In this document: in pieces, positions 22,012 through 35,804 of the stretch
Layout of the letters: each line of letters opens with the position of its first letter
Numbering within the stretch: position 1 is the first letter of the stretch
Assembly (NCBI RefSeq): GCF_025526975.1
Contig: NW_026515695.1
Coordinates: forward strand, 186,001 to 250,000
Length of the DNA stretch: 64,000 nt
Source: Fimicolochytrium jonesii
Taxonomy: Eukaryota
Direction of reading: 5' to 3'
The notes under the pieces: generated by a model
What the model was told of the DNA's origin: nothing
The model's input: the letters and a program-made list of their open reading frames with translations, nothing else
Database searches by the model: none
Translations under genes and position numbers: made by a program

Positions 22012-24894
22012 TCAAGGCCTCCCCACACCCGGCGTCGCCGCCCCAACCGGCCTCCCCCCAGCCTTATCCGGCGTCGCAACCGTCCCCACCAGATTCCCAA
22101 ACACCGCCCACCACACCAACGCATGCAGCGCCATACAATATATCACAAACCCGGATCTCAGGTACCGATTCCCCAAAATCATGCGCGAGGAGATCCACGC
22201 GACCCGGTCGAGCGGGTGCATCTCCTTCACCCGCCGCGCCTTCTCTTGCTGGTGGAACTGGGAGAATGGGTCGAGCGCCGTCTCGTAGCGGCTTTCGTAG
22301 ATCGGGATGCTGGTGGAGTACGTAGAGGATGGCGTGGGGGATGTGCTGCCGGGGTTGTTGGGTTGGTGTTGTTGCGGTCGTGACCGCGCGTGGGTGTTGC
22401 GGTACCCCGACTGATTCTGATACGCGTCTGGCTGTCCCGCTGATGACGGCCCGCCGGCACTGAAGGACTGGGCGTACCGTAACCGCTCATACAGCTTGAC
22501 CTGCTCGTCCTTCATCTTCTCCACCTCGGCGCGGAGATCCGAGATGGTCGAGATCTGTTGTCGCAGCTGTTCTTCCAGCTCCGTGTTGCGCTGCCGGTAT
22601 CTATCCCTTTGGCTCGTCAGGATCGGCACAATCGTCGAGGTCTCGCCCCGCGTGTCAGGGCCCGCTGCGCCCTCGTTGAGACGCGCAGAGACCATCGGGG
22701 GTAACATCGTCCCGTTGATCAGATTCGTGAGGGCGTCGCCCATCGCTCCGTGGAGGTTAGGTGCTCGATTGGCCGGCTGTCCACGCATCTCCTCCAGCTT
22801 CGCCAAATCCTCTTCAAGTTTCTTGATGAGTTTCTTGTGTGCGTCGTTCTCGGATTGCAGGTCGGCGATGTGCCGCGTTGACGTGCTGATTTGGGCTTGG
22901 AGCTCGGCGAGTTGTACTTTTGCGTCCGTGTACGCTGCTTGTAGGCGCTTGTTCTTGCTGAGCAGCAGCCGCTCCAGGGGTGCTGATGCTAACCCTGCTG
23001 TTGGTGGGACTGTTGTGTCATTGTTTTCGAGTTCCGCATCGATTCCATCGAACTCCACAGACTACATGATGTTGCCATTCGCGTTGAGCATGGCAGACAA
23101 CGGTGGCAGGCAGAGGAAGAAGACTAACCTTGACAATCTCAAGCTCCCGCTTGATCTCGTCGTAATCCTCATACATAAGCAGCTGCGCCTCAAGTTCCTT
23201 CGTCTCCAAGATCTTGACCGCCAAATCGCGTTCCTGCTCAGCAATCCGCTGATTCAGCTGCGACTGGGACTCTTTGAGGTGAAGGCGTAACCGTTCGGCT
23301 TCTGCTGAATGGGTTGCTAGCTCGGACTGAGGATGAAAAGCGTTTGTGTAAGCATACAGTGTCAGTGAGTATGAATTGATGAGCTTGCACGTACCTCCAG
23401 CGATTGTATCCGCTTGACGAGCAGTACTGGACTGAAAGAACAAACAGCCATGGTCAGATCAAATTCGACCTAAAGCAATGCGGGAGACATAATCATTCGA
23501 CATACTCTTGCCACTCCATCCCGGACGCATCCTCGCCGCGATACTTCGTCAGATCCGCTTTCAAGAGGTCCTAACAGGGCATTATTCCATCAGCAAACAT
23601 GCCGGAAGGAGAGCACTCCAAAAATCTCATCCTCCATTGCTCACATTATCCCTCTCCAACTGAGCAATCTTCAAATTCGCCCGGTCCAGATCCACCATGA
23701 TGATCTCCACCTCCCCAAGTTTCGCTGCGACTTCCTCGTCTACCAAATATCCATTCAAATGTCAGTGATGGATCTGCAAACGCCCACAAACCCACTATCG
23801 ATGCAGACTAACGTACCATACTTCTCGCTATGATCCACCAACCTCGCCTGCGTGACCTGATGCGTCGTTTGCAGGTTCATCATCTGGTCTTTTAGCTGGC
23901 TCAGTTGGCGTTGCAGGGAGTACTCGCTGTAAAACGTCTCCGTCAATGACATCTGATCGATAAGTGGAACTGCAGATTGTCTCTTACGTCTCCTTGTAAA
24001 TGCGAATCTTCTCATCCATCGCCTGCTTCATCTCGTTCTCCTTCTGCTCTACTTTCTGGGTGACCATCTCTTCTAGCTGTAAAAATTACATCATCCCGTA
24101 TCAGTCACATCCCTCTCTTCGTACTCATTTCAGCGTTGAGGCACTTGTTCCCATACCATCGCCTCATACTTGGTCAACCGCCCCTTCAAGGACATGATGG
24201 TGCCCTCATCCTTCCGCGCGGAATTCAGACTCTCCCGCGTCTGCGTGAGCTCTTCCCTGAGATGTTGGTTTTCAGATTGCAGTGCGTTGATTTGCGCTAT
24301 TTGTTTCGCTTGATCCTATCATATCAGGGGATGCGTGAGACGCCGATTCCCCAGATTAAATTTAACATCGTTCATGCGGGAAACTCACAGCAACGGTGTC
24401 AAACAACACAGCCGGATCCGGCGCCTCCGCGAAAACCTTATACAGGTTCAAAAACGCCGTCTCGGCCGTCTTGGACCGCCGCGTTATCGCGTCAATCTCG
24501 CTCTGATACGCTGCAAGCCCCACCAGATCAACTCCCCATCCGTAGATCACGTCCCCTAATTCCACATTCCGAACCTTTAAGCAACCCCCTAAACTCCCTC
24601 AACTTCTCCTCATCAGGCACCTTCTTGAAATCCTTCGTCGCCTCCGCGAGCTTCTTGCGGCTGAGCAGGGACTCTTTCTGGTTCTCGACGATTTCAAGGC
24701 CTTGCGCGTCGAGGGAGATCTGGAGGGTTGGGAGGGCGATATCTGGTGGGCATTTGGGGGTGGGGATAGGTGAGGCGTTTGGAAGGATAAGTATGGGATG
24801 GAATGCAGTAGAGGACCATGGGCTTATTCCGTTGGCCCACTCGCTACTTACCCTGCCAGGCCCTTACGGCCGCTATCAGCCTCTCTTCGTCCAT
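22012..24894 (-). CDS. COY1: CASP/Coy1 golgin (CUX1-related), multi-exon
   Basis: N-terminal LDAQGLEIVENQKESLLSRKKLAEATKDFKK; C-terminal SQRDRYRQRNTELEEQL and YETALDPFSQF; C-terminal TM with Y...H. Confidence 0.92.
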
Positions 24895-25489
24895 AATAAA
24901 CGACGTTTTTAGGCGGCAACCGAGTACTTCTCGCAGAGGCCACAATTACGGAGGGCTGATTAGTGGAGATAAGAGTCCCGCTGTTTAGTGAACAAGATGC
25001 GTGCCCTGGGCTGAGTGGGGTTTCTGGACCATATGCGTATGTTAGGAGCAGTCCTTTGAGGCTTTGACAGCGCCGGGCGGACGGACCGAGACTCCGAGAG
25101 ACGTGGCGGCCCAGAACGCGTCGCTGATGAGTGTCACGCCAAGCAGCTTCCCAACTTGCAACTTCGCAACTCCAAGAAAGGTATCGATGGACACGCAGTC
25201 CCAGCAGCAAAGAGTGAACGTTATGGACCATCGTTTTTGAAGAAGAGGGATGTGAAGCACGCTCCAGTGTACGAGGAAAGGCCACTCGAACAATCAACAG
25301 ACGATAAGAAAGACAAGAGAGAATCTCTCTGAATTTGATTTTTTTCACTCAATCAAACAAATAATGAATTCAGACAAGACCAGGCCATAATGAAGTGGAA
25401 AGTAAAGCCGAATGGGTGGGGGGAAGGGCGGAATGGGGTGGATTTATTTGAGAGTTTCTGTTGCTTGGACTGCGTCGTAGAGGCACCGC

Positions 25490-26903
25490 TTAGTAGCCGC
25501 CGGAGTAACCGCCGCCGCCACTAGAAACGCAAATGGCATGTCAGCAAGCCGCCGGGCGTAAGGGCGTAAACATAGGTTAGGTTCGATGATGAAACTTACC
25601 CCTGGTTGTAACCGCCTCCTCCGTAGCCACCGCCTCCATTGCCGTAACCACCTCCACTGGAAGTGAAGAAGGGATGAGGTTAGCTATCTGAGTACCATCT
25701 AGTTCGAACACTTGTAGCATCGACGAGTGCTTACCCACGACCGCCACCTCCGTAACCGCCTCCACCATTGCCATAACCGCCACCGCCGCCACTGAAAGTG
25801 AGGAATGTATGAGGTTAGTGGTCTGAGGACGATCAACTTCAAAAACTTGTAACACTGAATGCTTACCCATAACCACCGCCTCCACGTCCGCCACGGAATC
25901 CGCCGCCTCCACCAGCGGGCCTGGAGGTTTGAAGTTTAGGATCATGTAAGGCTTGAGATTATTGATTAGCAACGACGAAAAGCATACCTCTCGTTAGCCA
26001 TGTTGACACGGATGTTACGACCGTCAAGGTCCTGCTCGTTCATAGCGTCGATGGCAGCTTGAGCTTGACCTTCATCAGCGAAGGTGACGAAACCGAATCC
26101 ACGGGAACGGCCTGTGAGCAAGACGACGAAAGCGGAGGATTCATTAACAATTGATGCGTTGAGAGGACGGAGGGAAGAGTGACGACGAGAGTTGGAAAGG
26201 GAGAAGATTGTCGCCAGAGATAAACACAGCGCAGCCATGCTCAAGTCCATCCAGTAGCCATGTGCGTGAGACGACGAGTCCCGTGTCAGAGGGACAATTT
26301 GAGAGATCTCAGACGGATACAAAGCAAGCATCAAAAAGGGGCCACAGCGCAGACAAGAGCAGACAGGAGCAAGACAAAAGATTCAGAGATACCAGACTTT
26401 TGTATTAATGATCGAGAGCACCGAACGAGCGTCATCAGGCCAGGTTTCTTTCGCAGCAGTAGACTTCCGATAACAGCACACATCATAAGCAGGCAGGGCA
26501 AGCGAGCGAGCATTATAGTAGTACCACAGCGTTTTTTTCGAACAAACACATGTGAAATAGCGCATGAATCGTCTCTCTCTTCAAGAAAAGGCCTTCGGCA
26601 AGATCCGTACTCAAGCCATAGTCGCGAAAGTCTGGGAGGGGGGCGTGGGAAAATCGAGGGGAAGGGTACCCACGGGGAGGGGAAGAGACCAAGACAGCAG
26701 CAACACGCTTATAGACGAGCGCTGTGACACCCCAGCGAGATGTCCAAACGTCGCTGGGGCCCGCAGCAAAACCAAGATCACTAACCAGTCTCACGATCCT
26801 TGAGCACCAAGCAGTCCGAGATCTCTCCGAACTGAGAGAAAGCCTGGTGAAGCGACTCGTCGGTGGTTCCCCACGACAAGTTACCGACGAAAACCTTGGC
26901 CAT
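25490..26903 (-). CDS. Glycine-rich RRM RNA-binding protein (CIRBP/GRP-like), multi-exon
   Basis: RNP2 VFVGNL, RNP1 [16 protein letters not shown] tail. Confidence 0.93.
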
Positions 26904-27546
26904 GTTTGGAGGTGTAGTAGAGGTAATGGGTTCTGTGGAGAGCTTTGAAGTTGTAAACAGATCTGGCTCTTGATGAGGGGAACGACTGAGCTCTTGGATG
27001 GGGGAGCTCTTATATGTAGGCGTGTCCCTTTGGCTGTCATTGGCATTTGCACCGCCACATTGAATCAGGCCAAGGTTGAATTTACTCAACCCCATCCCCG
27101 CGCATTAGCCATCAGCTGAGGGTGATACCCCCGGCGCACAAAATGCCATTTGCCTGAGAATCCTCATGACGTGTGGTGCCCAATTCTCACATGCGACGTA
27201 GGAATATAAACGACGTGGGTTCACGTGACCGTCCAAAGATCCCTTCGCGAGATCATCACCGTCATCTCTTACAGTAGTAACGCGTAAGAAACGTCGTCTC
27301 AAGCAGGTCCCACAGTTTTCCCAGGAATTCGCGTGAGAAAATGCGGCATCTCCGCTTGGCATTTTGGCCTCCAGCTCCAGCTTCGAATCCCCGTTCTTTG
27401 TATTGTTAAAGGGAACAGTTCTTTCAGCTGTCAATCCGCACCGCAGTTCGAGTCCTCTCTGCGCGTATAGTGGACCCGTCTAGAATAGGAATTGGAGCAT
27501 AGCACAGCACCAGTTGCATCCCATTACGGAACGTTGAGGAATAACG

Positions 27547-29875
27547 ATGCTCTCGTCCTTCTCTCGACGTTACATTTCCCGTCATAGGACGGGCACTCGC
27601 CACCTCGCTACCTTGCAACAATCGCAGCCGCAAAATGTCATCGAGAAGATTGTTCAACGATACGCGGTCAACCTGCCAACTCCCTCTCACAAGGTTGCGC
27701 AAGGAGACTTTGTGAGCATTCAGCCAGAGCACGTTATGACGCACGATAACACTGCCGCTGTTATGAGCAAGTAAGTTGAGAATGTTTGATGTCGATGTCG
27801 GATCCTTGAATATGGGGACGTCGGAACGTAATTTCTCACGGAACGTCGATGCAGGTTTCAGAGCATAGGCGCCGCACGCTTCAACAACCCGCAGCAAGCA
27901 GTGTTTACACTTGATCACGACGTGCAAAACAAATCGGAAAAGGTAAGATTTGGGGAAAGCAGTTTGGGCGGCTTGGCACCCACTTCATGATTACTCACAT
28001 CCGCTGTTCCATCCAGAACCTGACAAAGTACCGCTCAATAGCAGCATTTGCGCAATCCCACGGCGTAGATTTCTATCCAGCTGGTCGAGGTATCGGGCAT
28101 CAGATCCTTATTGAAGAAGGATACGCCTTCCCGTATGTGATGACAGTAGCATCGGACTCGCATTCGAACATGTACGGCGGAATTGGTGCACTGGGGACAC
28201 CTATCGTGCGCACAGACGCGGCAGCGATATGGGCGACGGGAAGGACATGGTGGCAGATCCCACCGGTGGCGAATGTAAAGCTGCTCAACACGCTGCCTGA
28301 GGGTGTCACTGGGAAAGATATCATTGTGGCTCTGTGCGGGTTGTTCAATAACGATGAGGTTCTGAACACGGCGATAGAGTTTACTGGCAAGGAAGGGATC
28401 GCAGCTTTGAGTGTGGATGAGCGATTGACCATTGCGAACATGACGACGGAATGGGGTGCCCTTGCTGGTGTGTTTCCTGTGGACGAGGTCACTATCAAGT
28501 GGCTGCGGGATAGAGCCGTCTACCTCGCTCGCACTCAGAATCGGAAGCATGAGCGCATCAACGATGAGCGGATCCAGGACCTCGTCCGGAATCCCTTGCT
28601 CTCTGACTCCGACGCAAACTACGCCAAGCACCTCACGTTGGACCTCGCGACACTCACCCCGCACGTCTCTGGCCCAAATTCCGTCAAACACGCCACCCCA
28701 CTCACCACCTTGGAACAGCAGCGCATCAAGATTAACAAAGCCTATCTCCTTTCTTGCGTCAACTCCCGCGCCAGCGATCTGCGGGCCGCCGCTAATGTCT
28801 TGAAAGGACGCAAAGTCGCAGACGGGGTCGAATTCTACATCGCCGCGGCATCCAGTGAGGTGCAGAAAGACGTAGAGAAATCCGGAGACTGGGACACGTT
28901 GCTGAGAGCAGGCGCGCGACCATTGCCTGCAGGGTGTGGCCCATGTATCGGACTAGGTGTTGGACTACTCCAAGACGGAGAGGTCGGGATCTCGGCAACG
29001 AACAGGAACTCCAAGGGCAGAATGGGCGCACCCACCGCCCAAGCATACCTTTCTTCACCAGCCGTAGTCGCCGCCTCCGCCGTATCAGGCTATATCTGCG
29101 GCCCGCAAAGCCTACACCCCACCAACCCCATCTCCAAAACCTTCGCGGCGTTTCACGCCCACCCCCAATCCCCCATTATCACCTACACCGATAACGCCAC
29201 CCAAACACCGCCCGCCAAATCCGCCCCTGCGGACGTGATACCGGGCTTTGATGGCACCCTACGGGGCGAGATACTGTTCTGCGATGCGGATAATCTGAAT
29301 ACGGATGGGATATATCCCGGGAAATATACGTATCAGGATGATATGTCGCCGGAGCGGATGGCGCAGGTTGCGATGGAGAATTATGATCCGGGGTTTACTA
29401 AAGTTGCTAAGAAGGTTCGTGTCGTATATATCACCATTAATACGCTACACACCCTTTCAGAATGACGTTCTAATCCCGTGAATGTTATCCTGATTCTCAG
29501 AACGACATCCTCATCTCCGGCTTCAACTTCGGCACCGGCTCCTCCCGCGAACAAGCCGCAACCGCCCTCCTCTACGCCGGTTTCCGCGCCGTCCTCGCCG
29601 GCTCATTCTCCGAAACATTTAAGCGGAACGCCATAAACAACGGGCTTATCGTCCTCGAGGCCCCGCAACTCGTCAGTGATCTCCGTAAGGCGTTCAAGGG
29701 TGGTGAGGAGGTGTTGACGAGACGCACCGGATGGGATGCGACCGTGGATCTTGTGGGCGGGAGTGTGGGGGTGGGGGAGAGGAGGTATAAGGTGCCGCCG
29801 GTAGGGAGGGCGGCGCAGGAGTTGATTGTGGAGGGGGGGTTGGAGAATTGGGTCAAGAATCGGATTGCTGCGTAG
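27547..29875 (+). CDS. LYS4: Homoaconitase, mitochondrial (alpha-aminoadipate lysine pathway)
   Basis: [58 protein letters not shown]. Confidence 0.95.
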
Positions 29876-30152
29876 ATTCGATCCCCTTCCCGCGCTATGT
29901 TGGTGTAGCTTAGTCTTCGGGTTATACATAGTCTATGTATTCTGCGTGTATCTACATGTACATTTTCTTCTTCTTTGCATCATGAGTAAATATGTCTCCG
30001 AAAAAGTTGGTCAAAGCGTAAGGTGGGAATATATAAAAATGCAGTAAGAACGAGAAGGAAAGTCGAGTAAACCACATAAAAAACGATACGGGGGGTATCC
30101 ACACTATTTACACACATTCCTTCCAGATGGAGCCAATATTTCCACCCACACA

Positions 30153-32224
30153 TCACTTGTCAACATCATGCCCCAACTTCTGCACCAGCACCTCATAAAT
30201 CCACAAACTCAACGCCGAGCTCGGCACCGTCCTAATCAGATTGACGCCCAAGCCCCTATAGAACGCCCTCCACCCTTCCTCGCGCATAATCACCTTCATC
30301 GCGTGGATCATACCGCGATATCGGGGTGTGGGTTTTGTTGATCGTAAGGCGGCGGATTCAGCGGCGGTTGCGGGGGGGCGTGAATCGGCGGGGCAGTCGG
30401 GGCCTTCGCAGAGTTTGTCGGGGATATGGGTGAGGATCCGGCGGGCGGATTGCGTTTGGAGGCGGGTGCGGAGGACCTGTGTTTGAGAGAAGGGGAAGCT
30501 GAATAGGATTGCTCTGTGATGACCCGATGGAGGAGTTTTGATGTGGATTACAAACCTCGTGAGGGTACGTCGCGACACTAGCGACCATCTTCGACCCAGC
30601 ACTCGCCAGCAATATACTGACAGCGCTCAGATCCTGATCCACTCTCCCTCGCTTCTTTTCCAAATCTGCAAATCTCAAAACCAATCAACAATGTCGCCCC
30701 ATTTAAAACGAACTCGTCTATGATCACGTACCTCTCATGACGACTTTTAACCTCTCATACAGCGGAAACTGCACCGCGACGTGGGTTATACCCAGCAGCG
30801 AGGGCACGAAGCCTTTGTACAGCGCGGAGAAGCCTTCGGTGCGGAGGATGGAGGAGAGGGCGTGCGAGGTGGAGGTGTAGTGTGTGGCGGAGGCTTGGCC
30901 TTTTACTGTTGATTGGACCTGTGTATGTGGAATGAAGCCCACGAGTTTGTTAGTGGGGAAGGTTGGGAAAAGGCAGAGAGATGTGCTAGGAGTATTTGTT
31001 CATACCATCATGCGTGTTCGGATCACCCAGAGCGGGTTGACGAATGCCATTGTTACGAGTGAGGAGCCTATCGACGCGTTCAGGTGCACGAGCGCTCCGG
31101 CATCTTCTGGCGGTCGGCCTGGACATCAGAGGGTGGAAGTGAAGTGTCAATAGGCGGTCGGAACAGGAATGGAAGCGGATGTATAGCGCGTGCAGCGGAA
31201 TGACGACCCTATTCGCTCGGGGTCGCGACAAGGATAGTGGGCTGGGCTCGCCTCCCCAACCTCGAGCAACCTTACGTCTCGCTCTTGCGCTTCACAGACC
31301 CTCTTGCGCTTCTGCACCACAAGCTGGCTTCGCTCGCCACACCCCCAGCATTCCGGCGCCTCGCTTCGGTCGGGTCGCTATCGTTCGCCGCAAAGTCACC
31401 CCAGGAATCCCCAGAAATCCACGACTTCCTCGCTAAAGCTCAACATACCCGCAGCTGCAGCCAACCGATCCTTCAACTGATTATAGGCCGCGAACCAAAT
31501 CGCCCGATCGGCAATATACGCAATCGTCGTCGTGCCCAACCCACGAAAGAGCCCACGAACACCTTCCTCGTTCCATATCAGCTTCACACCCTGGACGGTA
31601 CCAGTGTATTTGGGGGAGACGCCGGATTGGTGCCGCTGGTTTTGGATTCGGATTTTGAGAACGTCTAGTGGGCCTGTTGGTGAAATAGGGGAGGGATGGT
31701 TAACTTTCATACATGGAAGAAGTGTGGTGTGATGTGGGCATGACAAGCAGATCGACATCCCCGCTCCCTATCGCTCGCGACAAGGAGCTCAATGGAAGCA
31801 AAAGTTTTCTTTCGCCATTCCCCAACGTTCCTGCCCCGTGCTCACGGCTCTCTCACGGCACCATTCTTTAACGGCTCTCCTCGATCCTAAAATCATCTCC
31901 TCATCCTCAATTCTTTCCCTCTTTTTCCCACGTCCTTCGATATTCGATACATTACAGACTAACACGGAAGACAAGAGTCCAGCAGCAGCACCGGAGACGG
32001 TTGAACGAATGACTGGGTCTTTTCTGCAAGGGCGGGAGGGAGGCGAGACAAGGTACCGCCGTGGTGCAAAGAATGAGTATGGTGGCGACGCCCGGTGCAC
32101 ACCTCCTTATGGAGCTGGAGCTAGACCAACGAACTGGGAAACCTTAGTCTTACATTGTTAGAGGAAAAGCAGCGTGCTTGGCCACATGGGCGGGTGCGCT
32201 TTCGACGGCGTTCGTTTTGTCCAT
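30153..32224 (-). CDS. Mitochondrial carrier, NAD+/folate-FAD subfamily (Ndt1/Yia6-like), multi-exon
   Basis: Three signature motifs PLDVLKIRIQ, PLWVIRTRM and PHEVLRTRLQ; HVAVQFPLYE. Confidence 0.88.
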
Positions 32225-32499
32225 TCGCGTACTGTAAATGCGACACTGACTTGACTTTTTTAACTTTGGAGTGGGAAGAAGTGAGCAAGGTACTGTAGGA
32301 GCCGTAGTGGGTTCCGTCCGCGAGGAGTAGGAGGGGACTAAGCGCTGGGAAATAGAGATGTGCAGCGACGGAGTTTCCTGGTCCCTTTTTGAGAGACCGC
32401 CACTACGAACAAGCAGCTCGCTGCTCTGCTCGCTGCTCAAGCGATGACATGGAACTCCCTGTGCGCGCGTCATTTCTGGACAAAGGGACAGGACTGGGA

Positions 32500-34100
32500 C
32501 AGGACTGGGACAGGACGTCTGATGTCTCGGGAGACCAGCATCGTCGGACAGCAACAGCGCACCGTTGCAGACGAAAGCAGCGGAGAACGCAAGGCCGGTC
32601 GCAGAAGACGAATACCCAGGAACTTACGCTGTGCACGTAAAGGCGCTCGCTTGCTTTCACTATGCTGGACTAGCAATCGTCCAGACGGAAATCATTCGGG
32701 TTCAACCTCCGAGCACACGGCCGTTGCTCCCACTGTTACGGAGCAGGGTTCCAGCGTCGACAAGTGCTGTGCCCCAGGAGTGGGTCTTAACGCAGTTACA
32801 ATTCTGACGGGGAATTTTGACTTTGGAATTCTCGTAGCCGCTGTAATTTCTCCAGCACGGTCCGTCTTCTCGATGATGGCAGCACGTCTCGGCTGAGGAA
32901 GAAACTGCCCAGATGCCTGATCTCCGGTCCAGTGCTTGAACGAGGTCGGCTGGAATCACAATCTTATGGATGTCACGTCTGTATTCACGCACGTCGACGA
33001 TTTCTCATTGCGCATCTCACCGCACCAGATGCCTGGACTCTCCCAAGGGACGTCCTACGGAGCTTTTGAAGTAAAAGCTGTGATGAACCGATGAACGAAG
33101 ATGAGTGAACGGGCTGGACGATTCCCTTGTGGCGCACAAGTAGCTCGCGCCATAAGTGAAGCCGGGGAGCTCAAGTGGTAGACGACATGTGCTGCGTCGC
33201 TCCCCTCCGTGAATAGCGTAGTGAAGTATATGTTCGACCCAGGACGGACGATGCGAATGCAGTCGTCAAAGGATATCACGCCAGGTTTGGCAAAGAAAGG
33301 CAGGCGTTCCGGATGCGATTTTGGTCGTTTTTCCTACGTGCGAAGGGCTACATGATGACGAGGACCGGAAGCCATTCGCCAAGCATGCTTTGGGTTGCAG
33401 ACAAACAACCTGGGAAGCTCAGACACGCCCCTGTCACCTTTGGTGTAGCTGACCACGCCTGGAGCTGGAGAAAGTCGCGGCCAGACAGACAGGTTTGTGC
33501 GCGGTTTTTTGTTGAAGCCACTGAGCTGGTCGACAGCGAGGGACAATCGCTCGGTGTGGTTGCCTTCGCCGTTGCCCTCTCTGCGCATGTGGTCGCTGCG
33601 CCGTCGTCGACGGGAATAGAAATGCGTCTAGACAGATGAGCCCTCGTCAACACCAGCATTCCGTCCACCTGGGGGTCACCGTCTCACGCCGCATATGTGG
33701 AGCCAACTCCGACCATCCGTGCCTTTCAAGCAGAAGCGTAAAATTCACCCCGGGGTTTGAGCTCTGCACCCTCCGTGACGTATTCTTCCCCGACCTCTCC
33801 GGCTTTGGGGTTCGCGGATATGCACAGCAGCGGGCTAGATTCGACGAGGGATTGCACTACCGATGGATGAGGGGAACATTTGACTCGAGGGATCGTATAA
33901 AAGAGGCCCGCCTTGCCGGAGTGATCAATCGCGAACAGCCACGGAACGAGGTTTCTATACCGGAGATGTACTTTCTGACGCGGAGACTGGGCTATTCCGC
34001 CGAGAGCAGGCGTTCTGCGCAATAGCGATTGGGTATAGCATCAGGGAGTCCCATCGCTGCGGTTTCGGTGTCAATCCTGTCGAGAAAGGACTGTCTTGCT
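32500..34100 (-). pseudogene. Possible decayed WD40-repeat gene
   Basis: Scattered WD-like peptides across frames with stops: SPLLCISANPK, CNPKHAWRMASG, ISFDDCIRIV, GYSSSATGLAFS..NGALLLSDD. Confidence 0.3.
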
Positions 34101-34453
34101 GGACATCGGCCAAGGGCCAGATAAGCGGACGGCCAATGCCTGATATGCGGACCTCGCTCGTGCTCGTGCTCAGACTATCTACTGTAACATTGATCAGTCT
34201 GACGGGAATCTCTGCTCTTACACTTATTCAGCTAGCAAAGAATACAGAACTCCCTCCAGGTAGTCGCTGACTTGACGTCCCCGCCGTCGAGCAGCAATGC
34301 AATCACAAAGCTTCAGCACTGAGTTACATGATCTGAGAATCCAAAATTTTCGCCAGACTGGCTAGCTGTGCAGCAGCAGTAGAAAGTGGTGAGGACTTTC
34401 CCGGGGGTTTCTCACCCGGAATATTGAGCTTGCGCGGCAATCATTTGCTTCCT

Positions 34454-35647
34454 TCATGGCCACGACGCGAAGGATCCCAAGATGGCATCTACAATTCGGA
34501 GGCAAGGTTCAAAATGCGTGCTGCGATTCCCACCCAGACTTTGCGAGTTACCTTTGACACTGTCGACATATTGACACGGCACCCAATATATGTAGTAATT
34601 TGATTTGTCGGTAGGACCAAGCTGGAGTGCAAGAATATGATACTCCTCATGTCCTTTGATCGGCTCGGATTTCACGTTCTTGATGCTGTTCATGTTGACT
34701 TTCTGTGTCCTCTCTGATGTCGATGCGTTGTACCTCAGCCTCCCCACTCTGTCCCAAACACACCACCCGAAGCGTAAAATGGGGAACGCACCACTTGTCC
34801 CAATCCACACCTGATCCAGCTCCAACTTGAACGTCAGCCGGACCTTGTCGCCGCGTTGCGTAAACATATCCCGTAGTCCATTTGCTGGGAGGGGAAGTTT
34901 TCGACCTTTGAGGCCCGGCTCGGCGTTCGGGGGTTTCCCTTTGTCTAACACTTTCTTGTGCTCGGTTTGTTCGCTGAGGCTTAGTCGTTTGACGGGGGCT
35001 GGTGATATGGTTCAGTGTTATGGACCTGGCGCGTGTGAAGTCGTTGCCCATAACTTACCTGCATCTACTGGAGCCGTTGTCGTTTTTGCTGCTGTTGCGA
35101 GTTTCACGATGTCTTCCACTGCGTCAAGGGAATCGACTTTGAGTGAGCAGCTGTCGATGGTACGCAACACTTCGCAAGCACTCCGACAAACGCACCTTTG
35201 CTTGCCATGAGTATGACCTTCACGCCATCCTTCAGACCAGCCTCCTCCACAGTTTTATCATCCTTCAGCATGCCTATGAGAAGTGATTTCAGTATCAAAC
35301 AACCTCAAGCATTCCTGGCACATTCCACAAACCTTTGAAAAGCAGCTTCTGCATGAGCGCATGCACCCCTGTCAACTCCTCTACCTGCTGCTTCACTTGA
35401 CTGATATTGTTCGACTTGGGCACACTGATATCGTACACTTTTTTGCCATGGCTAAGCTTAAACGTGACGGTCTCTTCACCCTCAGCTGCCGACATGGGAA
35501 AGTAGGAAACCGATAAGAATTGGTGGGGAAGCACGGTGTTTTTCGACAGGAAGTGAAGAGGTTGGAAAGGAACAAACCCATAGCGTCCGATTCACGTTTT
35601 GTGCCCTGAGACACGGCGATTGGTGTGGCAGCCTCTGCCTCTGCCAT
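34454..35647 (-). CDS. UBFD1: Ubiquitin domain-containing protein UBFD1, multi-exon
   Basis: UBL MQKLLFKG..KDDKT; HKKVLDKGKP, KVRLTFKLE, LQLGPT...YWVP. Confidence 0.9.
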
Positions 35648-35804
35648 AACGTCCGCGGTTGAGATCATTTTTGGTCGTTGTTGGCTTTTGGAAACGGCGT
35701 TGGGCTGCTAGGTTGCGGAGGGGTTCCCAAGCTCATGACTTGACTTTTCCCCACTGCACGCGACGCGTTTGGACGACGGACTGGACGGAGGGGTTCGGAC
35801 GGAG

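Noticed and set aside
29001..29025. NRNSKGRMG instead of the usual NRNF.GRMG in homoaconitase
   Set aside because: Single substitution with all cluster cysteines present; not interpretable without an alignment
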